From the NCBI GenBank assembly GCA_902541745.1, contig CACBRW010000001.1, forward strand, positions 4,134-68,133: a stretch of 64,000 nt of DNA. Reading direction: 5' to 3'. This DNA is from an uncultured Pelagibacteraceae bacterium (lineage in GTDB: Bacteria > Pseudomonadota > Alphaproteobacteria > Pelagibacterales > Pelagibacteraceae). The notes beneath the pieces are model-generated. The model ran no database searches. It was not told the DNA's origin and saw only the letters and a program-made list of their open reading frames with translations. Positions 1-9,466 of this stretch are shown here, piece by piece. How positions within the stretch are numbered: position 1 is the stretch's first letter; every line of letters begins with the position of its first letter. The position numbers were made by a program, and so were the translations under genes.

Positions 1-32
1 AAATTATTTGAATGATAAAATAAATTTTAATA

Positions 33-1013
33 ATGAAAAATACTTTTCAAAAAAAATTATATGAGAATGGTTATTTAATTATAAAAAATATACTTAATTT
101 TGAGAGAGACTTAAAACCAGTTCTTAATGATATGGAATTTGTAATGGATTGTCTCATAGAAAAATACACTAAGAGAAAAGATATTAAAAAAGTTCTTAAC
201 CTCGATTTTAGAAAAAAATATTCTTTTATTTCTAAGCTTAATATCTATGATTTGGATCAATATTTTAATACAAGATTACCGAGAGACCACGTAAAAAAAG
301 ATAGCGATTATTTTGCTACACAATCATTGTGGAATTTAATTACTAATAAAAAAATTTTAGATGTTGTAGAAAAAATTTTGGGGAAAGAAATAATGTCAAA
401 TCCAGTTCAAAATACTAGAATTAAACAACCTGAAAAAAAATTACCAAAAGGATCAATTCATGACGGTTTAAGTGGGAGAACACCTTGGCATCAAGATGCT
501 GCTGTTTTAAATTCTCGGGGACAAAAATTAACAGATATGGTCACAGTTTGGATTCCTTTTACTAAAACAACGAAGAAGAATGGATGCATGATTACAGTAA
601 AAAAAATTAATAAAATGGGATTATTAAATCATATATCTGGATACAGAGGGCAAGTGGAATTAAAAAATAGTGAATTACTTGATAATATGGAGCATATTTA
701 TTTGGAAGCAAATATTGGTGATGTAATATTGTTGCACAAACACTCTATACATTGTTCTTTACCAAATAGATCTGACGACTTTAGAATAAGTGCTGACCTA
801 AGATATAATATAGCTGGACAACCTTCTGGTAGAGAACCTCTTCCAAATTTCTATGTGAGAAGTAAGAATAAAAAAAATATTCAAATAAAAAATTTCAAAC
901 AGTGGTTGGCTCTTTGGGAAAAAGCCAAAGAAAGTCGTGTTGGGAAATATGCTTTTAAATATCCACTCCCAACTTATAAAACAAATAAAAGAGACTTATC
1001 AAAATTAATTTAA
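33..1013 (+). CDS. Phytanoyl-CoA dioxygenase (PhyH) family Fe(II)/2-oxoglutarate dioxygenase
   Basis: PWHQD (HxD) motif, VTVWIPF, distal His in HSIHCSLPN, and RISADLRY are typical of PhyH family. Confidence 0.85.
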   Translation: MKNTFQKKLYENGYLIIKNILNFERDLKPVLNDMEFVMDCLIEKYTKRKDIKKVLNLDFRKKYSFISKLNIYDLDQYFNTRLPRDHVKKDSDYFATQSLWNLITNKKILDVVEKILGKEIMSNPVQNTRIKQPEKKLPKGSIHDGLSGRTPWHQDAAVLNSRGQKLTDMVTVWIPFTKTTKKNGCMITVKKINKMGLLNHISGYRGQVELKNSELLDNMEHIYLEANIGDVILLHKHSIHCSLPNRSDDFRISADLRYNIAGQPSGREPLPNFYVRSKNKKNIQIKNFKQWLALWEKAKESRVGKYAFKYPLPTYKTNKRDLSKLI

Positions 1014-1015
1014 TT

Positions 1016-2167
1016 TTATTTATTAAACTGAATCCATTTACTATTGTTTTTGCTTGAGTCTAAAACAGTCTCTATAAACTTCATCCCTTCGACTCCATCA
1101 TAAATAGTTGGGTAACAGTCATCTAACTCGTCATATTTCTCATTATTTATTTGAGCATTTAATCTTTTAGAAACATCAGTATAAATATTTGCAAAACCTT
1201 CCAAATATCCCTCTGGATGACCTGGCGGAACTCTTGTAACGTCGTTAGCTTCTTTATTTGCACTGCCACTACCTCTTGTTATTTTTTCAGTAGGTTTTCC
1301 AAATTTTGTATAATACAAATAATTCGGATCTTCTTGTTTCCACTCTAACCCACCATTTTCACCATACACTCTGATTTTAAGATTATTTTCATTACCGACT
1401 GCAACTTGACTAGACCATATCGCACCTTTTGCACCGCCTTTAAATCTAAGCATGATTTGTGCATTATCATCTAATTTTCGGCCTTTCACAAAAGTATGAA
1501 TGTCAGCTGATAACTCATCCAATTCTAACTCAGTTATAAATCTAATAAGATTAAATGCATGAGTTCCAATATCTCCTATGCAACCTCCTCCTCCTGATCT
1601 TTTAGGATCAGTTCTCCACTCAGCTTGTTTTAAACCAGTATCTTCAGCTTTTGTAGTTAACCAATCTTGAGGATATTCTGCTTGTATAACTCTTATTTTT
1701 CCAAGATCACCTTTTTTAATAAGAGATCTTCCATGTCTTACCATTGGGTATCCAGTATAATTATGTGTTAAAGCAAAAATTATCTTTTTATTTTCTATTA
1801 TATCTTTAAGAGAGTTTGCTTCCTTACTTGATAAAGCAAGAGGCTTATCACAAATAATGTGAATACCCTTTTCTGCAAAAATTTTTGCCACTGGCACATG
1901 AAGATGATTAGGAGTTACAATAGAAACAACATCTATTCCATCTGAACGATCAGACTCTTTTTCTGCCATTTCCTGATAAGTTTCATAGATACGTTCTTTT
2001 GACAATCCAAGATTTCTTCCAGTTTCTTTTGAGTTATTAAAATCAGATGAAAAACATCCTGCTACTAATTCGTAATGACCATCAAGTCTTAGCGCTATTC
2101 TGTGAACACCTCCAATAAAAGCGCCTTCTCCTCCGCCAACCATTCCAATACGGATTTTTCTTTGCAC
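1016..2167 (-). CDS. Gfo/Idh/MocA family NAD(P)-dependent sugar oxidoreductase
   Basis: N-terminal IGMVGGG Rossmann motif, TPNHLH, CDKP, DIGTH; GTG start overlaps upstream stop. Confidence 0.9.
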   Translation of the reverse strand: MQRKIRIGMVGGGEGAFIGGVHRIALRLDGHYELVAGCFSSDFNNSKETGRNLGLSKERIYETYQEMAEKESDRSDGIDVVSIVTPNHLHVPVAKIFAEKGIHIICDKPLALSSKEANSLKDIIENKKIIFALTHNYTGYPMVRHGRSLIKKGDLGKIRVIQAEYPQDWLTTKAEDTGLKQAEWRTDPKRSGGGGCIGDIGTHAFNLIRFITELELDELSADIHTFVKGRKLDDNAQIMLRFKGGAKGAIWSSQVAVGNENNLKIRVYGENGGLEWKQEDPNYLYYTKFGKPTEKITRGSGSANKEANDVTRVPPGHPEGYLEGFANIYTDVSKRLNAQINNEKYDELDDCYPTIYDGVEGMKFIETVLDSSKNNSKWIQFNK

Positions 2168-3222
2168 TAATTTATACCTAGCATTTTTTTATTAGCTTCA
2201 ATATCAGCGCCACTTCCTGCAAAATCATCAAATGCTTTTTCTGTAGTGTTGATAATATGATTTTTAATAAATTCAGCTCCTTCTCTTGCACCATCTTCTG
2301 GATGTTTTAAACAGCACTCCCATTCAAGAACTGCCCAACCATCATAACCATAAGTAGTAAACTTTGAAAAGATTGATTTAAAATCTACCTGTCCATCGCC
2401 AAGAGATCTAAATCGACCTGCTCTATTAACCCAAGATTGGAAGCCACCATATACACCTTGTTTTCCAGTAGGATTTAACTCTGCATCTTTAACATGAAAC
2501 ATTTTTATTTTTTCATGATAAATATCTATATGAGCCAAGTAATCTAAATTCTGTAAAACATAATGGCTCGGATCATAAAGCATATTACATCTTTTGTGAT
2601 TGCCAACTTTTTCTAAAAACATTTCAAATGTGATTCCATCGTGAAGATCTTCACCTGGATGTATTTCATAACAAAGATCAACTCCATTTTGATCAAATTG
2701 ATCAAGAATTGGTTTCCATCTATTAGAAAGTTCATTAAATGCGTTTTCGATAAGTCCCTCTGGTCTTTGTGGCCAAGGATAAACATAAGGCCAAGCTAGT
2801 GCTCCAGAAAAAGTAACATGCCTATCTAGTCCGAGATTTTTTGAGGCCTTAGCTGCCATCATCAATTGATTTACTGCCCACTCTTGTCTTGCTTTTGGAT
2901 TTCCTCTAACTTCAGGTACGGCAAATCCATCAAATGCTGTGTCGTATGCTGGATGTACTGCAACCAATTGCCCTTGAAGATGCGTTGATAGTTCGGTGAT
3001 CTCGAGATTATATTTTTTTGTTATGCCTTTTACTTCATCACAATAATCTTTGCTTTCAGATGCTTTCTTTAAATCGATTAATCTACCATCCCAACTTGGA
3101 ATTTGCACACCTTTGTAACCTAAAGAAGATACCCATTTACAAATGTTATCTAAGGAATTAAACGGTGCATCTTCACCTACAAATTGTGCTAGGAAAATTG
3201 CAGGGCCTTTTATATTGTTCAT
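2167..3222 (-). CDS. Sugar phosphate isomerase/epimerase, xylose isomerase-like TIM barrel (AP endonuclease 2 family)
   Basis: Metal-ligand motifs YEIHP, YDPSH, FHVKD, VLEWE; SD-like GAGGGGG upstream. Confidence 0.88.
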   Translation of the reverse strand: MNNIKGPAIFLAQFVGEDAPFNSLDNICKWVSSLGYKGVQIPSWDGRLIDLKKASESKDYCDEVKGITKKYNLEITELSTHLQGQLVAVHPAYDTAFDGFAVPEVRGNPKARQEWAVNQLMMAAKASKNLGLDRHVTFSGALAWPYVYPWPQRPEGLIENAFNELSNRWKPILDQFDQNGVDLCYEIHPGEDLHDGITFEMFLEKVGNHKRCNMLYDPSHYVLQNLDYLAHIDIYHEKIKMFHVKDAELNPTGKQGVYGGFQSWVNRAGRFRSLGDGQVDFKSIFSKFTTYGYDGWAVLEWECCLKHPEDGAREGAEFIKNHIINTTEKAFDDFAGSGADIEANKKMLGIN

Positions 3223-3338
3223 AATTTCCCCCTCTATTTAAATTTATCAACAATTTTTTTTATATAAAAAAAATACTAGCAGGCACAACTCATCTTGGGT
3301 AGACTATTCTTAAGAAAAATAAACTAAGAGGAGATAAA

Positions 3339-4643
3339 ATGAAAAAAATAATGATTTTATTGTTTGTTTCTCTATTTTCATTCTCTGTAAATTCAAACGC
3401 TAAATCTATCACTTTAGGATGGGCCGCTTGGGACCCTGCTAATGCTTTACAAGAATTAACTAAAGAATTTACTGCAGAAACTGGAATAGAAGTTAATTTT
3501 GAGTTTGTGCCTTGGCCAAATTTTGCCGACCGTATGTTAAATGAGCTTAACAACAAAGGTAAAACATTTGACCTTTTAATAGGTGACTCTCAGTGGATTG
3601 GTGCTGGGGCAGTATATGGACATTACGTTAAGTTGAATGACTTCTTTGATAAAGAGGGAATTTCAATGAGTGATTTCTCACCAGCTACTGTTTATGCCTA
3701 CTCAACCTGGCCTAAAGGTAGCAAGAACTACTATGCATTACCAGCTATGGGAGATGCATTAGCTTGGGCTTACAGAAAAGACTGGTTTGATAGACCAGAA
3801 CTTAAATCTGAGTTCAAAAAGAAACACGGTTATGATCTAGGAGTTCCTGCAAACTGGAATCAATTATACGATATGTGTACTTTCTTCCAAGGAAGAGAAA
3901 TTGATGGTCAAAAAAGATATGGGGCTGCAATTAACACAGAGCGTGGATCAGAAGGTATAACAATGGGTGTTACAGCTGCTATGTATGCGTGGGGTATGGA
4001 ATATGAAAATCCTAACAAGCCATACGACATGGAAGGATATTTCAATTCACCACAAGCTGTAGAAGCAGTTGAGTTTTACAGAAAGTTATATGAAGACTGC
4101 GCACCTCCAGGGCACTCTGATGCTTACATGGTTGCAAACTTAGATGCTTACAAATCAGGACAAGTTGCATTCCAAATGAATTGGTATGCTTTTTGGCCGG
4201 GTGTTTCTAAAGAAGACAGTGGTGGAAGAGTTAGTGGATTCTTTGCAAATCCAAAACAAAATGTTGCAGCTGCAACATTAGGTGGACAAGGAATATCTGT
4301 TGTTAAATACTCTGACAAACAAGATCTTGCTCTTGAATACATTAAGTGGTTTGCAAGACCAGATGTGCAACAAAAATGGTGGGATCTAGGTGGATATTCA
4401 TGTCATAATGATGTTTTGAATTCACCATCATTTCCAACATCAACTGTTTATGCACAAGGTTTCTTGGACTCAATGGGAATTGTCAAAGATTTTTGGCAAG
4501 AACCAACTTTCGTAGAGTTAATGCTTCCTATGCAAGAAGCAATTCATGACTATGTTGTTAATGGAAAAGGAACTGCTAAAGGCGCTCTAGATAAAATTAT
4601 CGAAGAGTGGGTTGAAGTATTCGAAGCAGACGGAAAACTTTAA
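3339..4643 (+). CDS. Carbohydrate ABC transporter substrate-binding protein (CUT1 family)
   Basis: Signal peptide, YYALP..YRKD and LGGQG motifs, strong SD AGAGGAG, first gene of ABC operon. Confidence 0.9.
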   Translation: MKKIMILLFVSLFSFSVNSNAKSITLGWAAWDPANALQELTKEFTAETGIEVNFEFVPWPNFADRMLNELNNKGKTFDLLIGDSQWIGAGAVYGHYVKLNDFFDKEGISMSDFSPATVYAYSTWPKGSKNYYALPAMGDALAWAYRKDWFDRPELKSEFKKKHGYDLGVPANWNQLYDMCTFFQGREIDGQKRYGAAINTERGSEGITMGVTAAMYAWGMEYENPNKPYDMEGYFNSPQAVEAVEFYRKLYEDCAPPGHSDAYMVANLDAYKSGQVAFQMNWYAFWPGVSKEDSGGRVSGFFANPKQNVAAATLGGQGISVVKYSDKQDLALEYIKWFARPDVQQKWWDLGGYSCHNDVLNSPSFPTSTVYAQGFLDSMGIVKDFWQEPTFVELMLPMQEAIHDYVVNGKGTAKGALDKIIEEWVEVFEADGKL

Positions 4644-4670
4644 CATTAAAACTTAAAAAAATTAAAAATT

Positions 4671-4697
4671 AGGGGGGGTCAAGCCTCCCCTTTTTTT
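4671..4697 (+). terminator. GC-rich stem-loop with T-tract after the SBP gene (partial terminator or mRNA stabiliser)
   Basis: AGGGGGGG-TCAAG-CCTCCCCT followed by T run; this position is common in ABC operons. Confidence 0.75.
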
Positions 4698-4710
4698 ATA
4701 AAAAATTCAT

Positions 4711-5610
4711 ATGAGCGTAAAAAAAAAATTCAAGGGACTTTCTGATAAAGCTGTAGGTTGGCTTTTTATTGGACCAACTGTACTTCTGCTACTGGCCATA
4801 AATATTTATCCATTAGTCTATGCAATAAAAATGTCTTTTACAAATTTTTACGCAAATAAAATTGGAAGAGAACCTCAGTTTGTTGGTTTAAAAAATTATA
4901 TTAAAGTTCTTAATAAAGAAGCGATATGGGAAAAAATGCAAGTTACGGCAAGCTTTATGTTTTGGACTTTATTGCTCCAAGCAATTATAGGTCTAGGTTT
5001 AGCTTTACTTCTTAATAGGAAATTTAAAGGTAATGAACTACTAACCACATTAATTGTTTTACCTATGATGTTATCACCTGCAGTAGTAGGGGTATTTTGG
5101 ACTTATCTTTATAATCCTCAAGTAGGTCTATTTAATTACGTGGTTAATTTTTTCTATGATTTAGGAAGCTTTGACATGATTGGTTCAAGTACGCTTGCTC
5201 CTTGGGCTATTGTTATTGTTGATACATGGATGTGGACGCCTTTTACAATGTTAATTTGCTTAGCAGGTCTAAGATCTGTTCCAAATTATTTATATGAAGC
5301 TGCAGAGGTAGATAGAGCAAGTAAATGGCAGCAATTTATATATATTACTTTGCCTTCCGTTTTACCATTTTTATTACTAGCTTTGCTTTTTAGAGGGATT
5401 GAGAATTTCAAAATGTTTGACATGGTTGTAGAGCTAACCTCTGGTGGTCCAGGCTCTGCAACAGAGCTTGCTTCAATTAACTTAAAAAGAGAAGCATTTG
5501 AAAAATGGAAAACAGGTTACAGCTCAGCATTTGCTGTTATTCTTTTTGTTACCATATTTGGTTTCGGAAATGTCTACGTAAAAGTAATGAACAAAATAAA
5601 GGAACGCTGA
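4711..5610 (+). CDS. Carbohydrate ABC transporter permease 1
   Basis: Multiple TM segments; EAA loop LYEAAEVDRAS. Confidence 0.92.
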   Translation: MSVKKKFKGLSDKAVGWLFIGPTVLLLLAINIYPLVYAIKMSFTNFYANKIGREPQFVGLKNYIKVLNKEAIWEKMQVTASFMFWTLLLQAIIGLGLALLLNRKFKGNELLTTLIVLPMMLSPAVVGVFWTYLYNPQVGLFNYVVNFFYDLGSFDMIGSSTLAPWAIVIVDTWMWTPFTMLICLAGLRSVPNYLYEAAEVDRASKWQQFIYITLPSVLPFLLLALLFRGIENFKMFDMVVELTSGGPGSATELASINLKREAFEKWKTGYSSAFAVILFVTIFGFGNVYVKVMNKIKER

Positions 5611-6554
5611 TGGATACTTCTAGATCATATTTGGAACCTTCGTCTTTTTCAAAAAAAATGGCTGCTGCTATTATCATAGTTTACGCTGTAATTACTTTGA
5701 TACCAATATCTTGGATGGTAATGACAAGTTTTAAAAATGTTGATAGTGCTATTTCATATCCACCCGAAGTTTTATTTGAACCATCACTAGAGGGATATGT
5801 CAATTTATTTACTAATAGGTCAAGACAATCACAAGAATATCTTGATTCATTACCTCCACCAGAAAATTGGTATGAGGAACTAGTTAGAAGCAGAGAGATG
5901 GTTATAACAGGACCATCTAAATTTTTAGGTAGATACTCAAATTCTATGATAATTGGATTTGGTTCAACTTTTGCATCAGTATTTTTAGGAGCATTGGCTG
6001 CATATGCGTTTTCAAGGTTTAGGGTTCCTTTAAAAGATGATTTATTATTTTTTATTCTTTCGACCAGGATGTTTCCCCCAATAGCAGTGGCTGTTCCTAT
6101 ATTTATTATGTACAGAAAATTAGGTCTTGGGGATACTCACCTTGGAATGATCATATTGTATACCGTTGTAAACTTAAGTTTAGCAGTATGGTTATTAAAA
6201 GGATTTATGGATGAAATTCCTAAAGAATATGAAGAAGCAGCTATGATCGATGGATATTCTAGACTTCAAGCTTTCTTTAAAGTTGTTCTTCCACAAGCAA
6301 TGACTGGTATAGCCGCAACTGCAATCTTTTGTATGATTTTTTCATGGAATGAATACGCTTTTGCTGTTTTGCTAACTCAATTCAATGCACAAACAGCTCC
6401 ACCATTTATTCCTACAATCATTGGTGAAGGTGGTCTTGATTGGCCAGCAATTGGGGCAGGAACAACTTTATTTCTATTACCAGTAATGATTTTTACAATA
6501 ATTTTAAGAAAACATCTTTTAAGAGGTATTACCTTTGGAGCAGTAAGAAAATAA
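5610..6554 (+). CDS. Carbohydrate ABC transporter permease 2
   Basis: EAA loop YEEAAMIDGYS, WNEY; start moved to ATG 5610 (TGATG overlap with the previous stop). Confidence 0.92.
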   Translation: MDTSRSYLEPSSFSKKMAAAIIIVYAVITLIPISWMVMTSFKNVDSAISYPPEVLFEPSLEGYVNLFTNRSRQSQEYLDSLPPPENWYEELVRSREMVITGPSKFLGRYSNSMIIGFGSTFASVFLGALAAYAFSRFRVPLKDDLLFFILSTRMFPPIAVAVPIFIMYRKLGLGDTHLGMIILYTVVNLSLAVWLLKGFMDEIPKEYEEAAMIDGYSRLQAFFKVVLPQAMTGIAATAIFCMIFSWNEYAFAVLLTQFNAQTAPPFIPTIIGEGGLDWPAIGAGTTLFLLPVMIFTIILRKHLLRGITFGAVRK

Positions 6555-6745
6555 TGCAAGAAGAAAAGTCATTAATGAGAAAAATATTTAGAAGAGTTTA
6601 CTGGGAAAACTTATCGACGATATTAATTTTAATTGGAGTTTTCATGTTGTTACAACCATTTGCAATGTGGATGTTTACTTATTCTTTTATTGTAATTTTA
6701 GTAGGAACTATAGGTTTCATAATCACAAGCCACTTTCCGGATTAA
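6554..6745 (+). CDS. Small (63 aa) two-TM membrane protein inside the ABC operon
   Basis: ATG at 6554 overlaps the permease stop (TAATG); two hydrophobic helices; stop 1 bp before the ATPase start. Confidence 0.75.
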   Translation: MQEEKSLMRKIFRRVYWENLSTILILIGVFMLLQPFAMWMFTYSFIVILVGTIGFIITSHFPD

Positions 6746-6746
6746 T

Positions 6747-7829
6747 ATGTCTCAAATTAAAATAGTAAATTTACAAAAATCATTTGGCGATTTTACTGCA
6801 GTTAAAAATTCTAATTTAACGATTAATGATAAAGAGTTCTTTGTTTTACTTGGACCATCTGGTTGTGGAAAGACTACAACACTTCGAATGATTGCAGGAT
6901 TAGAATTACCTACATCTGGTGAGATATATCTTGGAGATGAAGAAGTAGGAATGTTAAGAGCATCAGAAAGAGATATTGCTTTTGTTTTTCAATTATTTGC
7001 CCTCTATCCACACATGAATGTAAGAAACAACTTATCATTTCCTCTAAAAATGCAGGGTTATAAAAAAAGTGATATCAAAAATCGAGTTGAAGAAGCAGCA
7101 AAACTTTTAAGAATTGATCACATTTTAAATTCTAACATTTCCTCTCTTTCGGGAGGTGATAGACAGCGGGTAGCTTTAGGTAGAGCACTAGTTAGAAGAC
7201 CAAAAGCATTTTTGATGGACGAGCCATTGGGAACTTTAGATGCTGAATTTAGAGAATTAATGTGTCTAGAATTAAAAAAACTACATTTAGATATTGGAGC
7301 AACTACAGTTTATGTAACTCATGATCAGTTAGAAGCAATGTCATTAGCTGACCGAATTGCAGTTATGGATGGTGGTGAAATATTACAAGCTGATGAGCCT
7401 AATATTATTTACAATAAACCTAAAACTAAATTTGTGGCCTCATTTATAGGATCTCCAGGTATGAACTTTTTTGAAGTTAATGAGGGAATTTCTAAAGATC
7501 AATCATTTGTAAATATTGAAGGAGCTAAATTTGATATACCCAAACAACTTGAGGAATCGAAAGGAAGTAAAAATTTCTTTGGTATACGTCCAGAAAATTT
7601 AACTCTAAATAATAATGAAGGTCTAAAAGGTTCAGTTTTTGGAGTAGAGTATTTAGGATCAAGAAAAATAATTACAGTTAAAACAAGTTTAGGTGAAATT
7701 AAAGTTAAAACAGATATTTCTATTAACGTTAAATTGAATGAAAATGTGCAGGTTAAACCTTTAAATAATAATATTATTATTTTTGACGGTCAAACGGACA
7801 AATCTTTAAATAGTGAGTTTATAAAATAA
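6747..7829 (+). CDS. ABC transporter ATP-binding protein (MalK-like) 1
   Basis: Walker A GPSGCGKT, signature LSGGDRQR, Walker B LMDEP, VTHDQ, C-terminal TOBE region. Confidence 0.95.
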   Translation: MSQIKIVNLQKSFGDFTAVKNSNLTINDKEFFVLLGPSGCGKTTTLRMIAGLELPTSGEIYLGDEEVGMLRASERDIAFVFQLFALYPHMNVRNNLSFPLKMQGYKKSDIKNRVEEAAKLLRIDHILNSNISSLSGGDRQRVALGRALVRRPKAFLMDEPLGTLDAEFRELMCLELKKLHLDIGATTVYVTHDQLEAMSLADRIAVMDGGEILQADEPNIIYNKPKTKFVASFIGSPGMNFFEVNEGISKDQSFVNIEGAKFDIPKQLEESKGSKNFFGIRPENLTLNNNEGLKGSVFGVEYLGSRKIITVKTSLGEIKVKTDISINVKLNENVQVKPLNNNIIIFDGQTDKSLNSEFIK

Positions 7830-8839
7830 TGGCAAAAGTAGAATTAAAAAAATTATTTAAAACTTATAATAAAAAAATTAAAGCTTTGGAGGATATAAAT
7901 CTTACAATTGAAGATGGCCAATTTTTTGTATTACTGGGTCCATCTGGTGCCGGAAAAACTACAACACTTAGATGTATAGCTGGTTTAGAAAAAATTGATT
8001 CTGGGGATGTATTATTCAATGATGAAAATATAACTCATGATCAACCTGCTTCAAGAGATGTGTCTTTTGTTTTTCAACAATACTCACTTTATCCTCATTA
8101 TACTGTTTATGAAAATCTTGCTTTTCCTTTGAGGTCTCCAATGAGAAAACTTCCTGATGAAGAAATAAAAAATAAAGTAGAGAAAATTGCTGAAATGCTC
8201 AAAATTACAAACAAATTAAAAAATAAAGCAACTGAACTTTCTGGTGGAGAAATGCAAAGGGTAGCTATTGGTAGAGCTCTAGTTCGTGAACCAAATATTT
8301 ATTTAATGGATGAGCCACTTTCCTCATTAGATGCTAAACTAAGAGAAACCCTAAGAGTTGAATTAAAAAATATTCAATTAAATCTAAATGCTACTATATT
8401 GTATGTTACACATGATCAGGCTGAAGCAACAACATTGGCAGATAAAATTGGAGTTTTAAAAGAAGGCAAAATTGTTCAAATTGGAACTCCTGAAGAAATT
8501 TATGAAAATCCAAATTCAATTTATGTATCCCAAAGATTGGGGTCACCAAAAATAAATATTTTACCTGGTTCTTTATTTAAACTAGATAACAACATACCAA
8601 AAATTGGACTTAGACCAGAAAATATAGAGTTAGGTGATGGACCATACGAAGGAAAGATTATCTCTATAGAAAATTTAGGTTCAGAGACTGTGGTAGCTAT
8701 TAATTTTCAAGACAATGAAATATTAGCTTCAATTCAGGGTAGCTATAAGTCATCAATTAATGAAAAAATTAATTTTGACATTAATACGAATAAAGTTTTA
8801 AAATTTGATAACGGAGACCAAAGGATTCATGAGCGTTAA
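7829..8839 (+). CDS. ABC transporter ATP-binding protein (MalK-like) 2
   Basis: Walker A GPSGAGKT, LSGGEMQR, LMDEP, VTHDQ. Confidence 0.95.
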   Translation: MAKVELKKLFKTYNKKIKALEDINLTIEDGQFFVLLGPSGAGKTTTLRCIAGLEKIDSGDVLFNDENITHDQPASRDVSFVFQQYSLYPHYTVYENLAFPLRSPMRKLPDEEIKNKVEKIAEMLKITNKLKNKATELSGGEMQRVAIGRALVREPNIYLMDEPLSSLDAKLRETLRVELKNIQLNLNATILYVTHDQAEATTLADKIGVLKEGKIVQIGTPEEIYENPNSIYVSQRLGSPKINILPGSLFKLDNNIPKIGLRPENIELGDGPYEGKIISIENLGSETVVAINFQDNEILASIQGSYKSSINEKINFDINTNKVLKFDNGDQRIHER

Positions 8840-9458
8840 TTTTTTAATTTCTCAAGCAAAAAATATTCAAATAGTTATTGATCAAAATGCAGCAGAAATT
8901 GAAGCACTAGATCAAAATATTGGAGATGGGGATCATATATTTAATGTGCAAAGAGGTCTTAAGTTAGTAGTTGAGCTTGAAGATGATATTAAGAACCTAC
9001 CCTTACAAAAAGGTTTAAATATGATTGCTATGAAAGTCTTGTCAGGTATTGGTGGCTCTTCTGGAGCTTTGTTTGGAACTTTCTTTATGTCTATGGCTAA
9101 AACACCAGATCTAGATAAAGATATAGATTTTAAAAAAGCATGTGAAATGGTTATAACGGGAATTAATGCAATGAAAGAAAGAGGAAAAGCTGATGTTGGA
9201 GAAAAAACAATGATGGATGTTTTAATTCCAGTATCAGAAAAACTTAATGAATTAAAAAGCGGCAATACGGATATGAAAGAAGGGTTAAGTGAGATAACAA
9301 AAATTGCTGAAGATAGAATGTTAGCAACAAAAGACATGCTTGCTACCAAAGGTAGAGCTTCATTTTTAGGAGAACGTGCGAAAGGTCATATAGATCCTGG
9401 GGCTCGCTCATCGCAACTTATAATAGATACGATATGCAAATCACTAATTAATAAATAG
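8829..9458 (+). CDS. dhaL: Dihydroxyacetone kinase family nucleotide-binding subunit DhaL (DAK2)
   Basis: GDGDH, GGSSGALFG, GEKTMMDV, KGRASFLGER, DPGA motifs; ATG 8829 preferred over TTG 8805. Confidence 0.9.
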   Translation: MSVNFLISQAKNIQIVIDQNAAEIEALDQNIGDGDHIFNVQRGLKLVVELEDDIKNLPLQKGLNMIAMKVLSGIGGSSGALFGTFFMSMAKTPDLDKDIDFKKACEMVITGINAMKERGKADVGEKTMMDVLIPVSEKLNELKSGNTDMKEGLSEITKIAEDRMLATKDMLATKGRASFLGERAKGHIDPGARSSQLIIDTICKSLINK

Positions 9459-9466
9459 GAGGAAAT

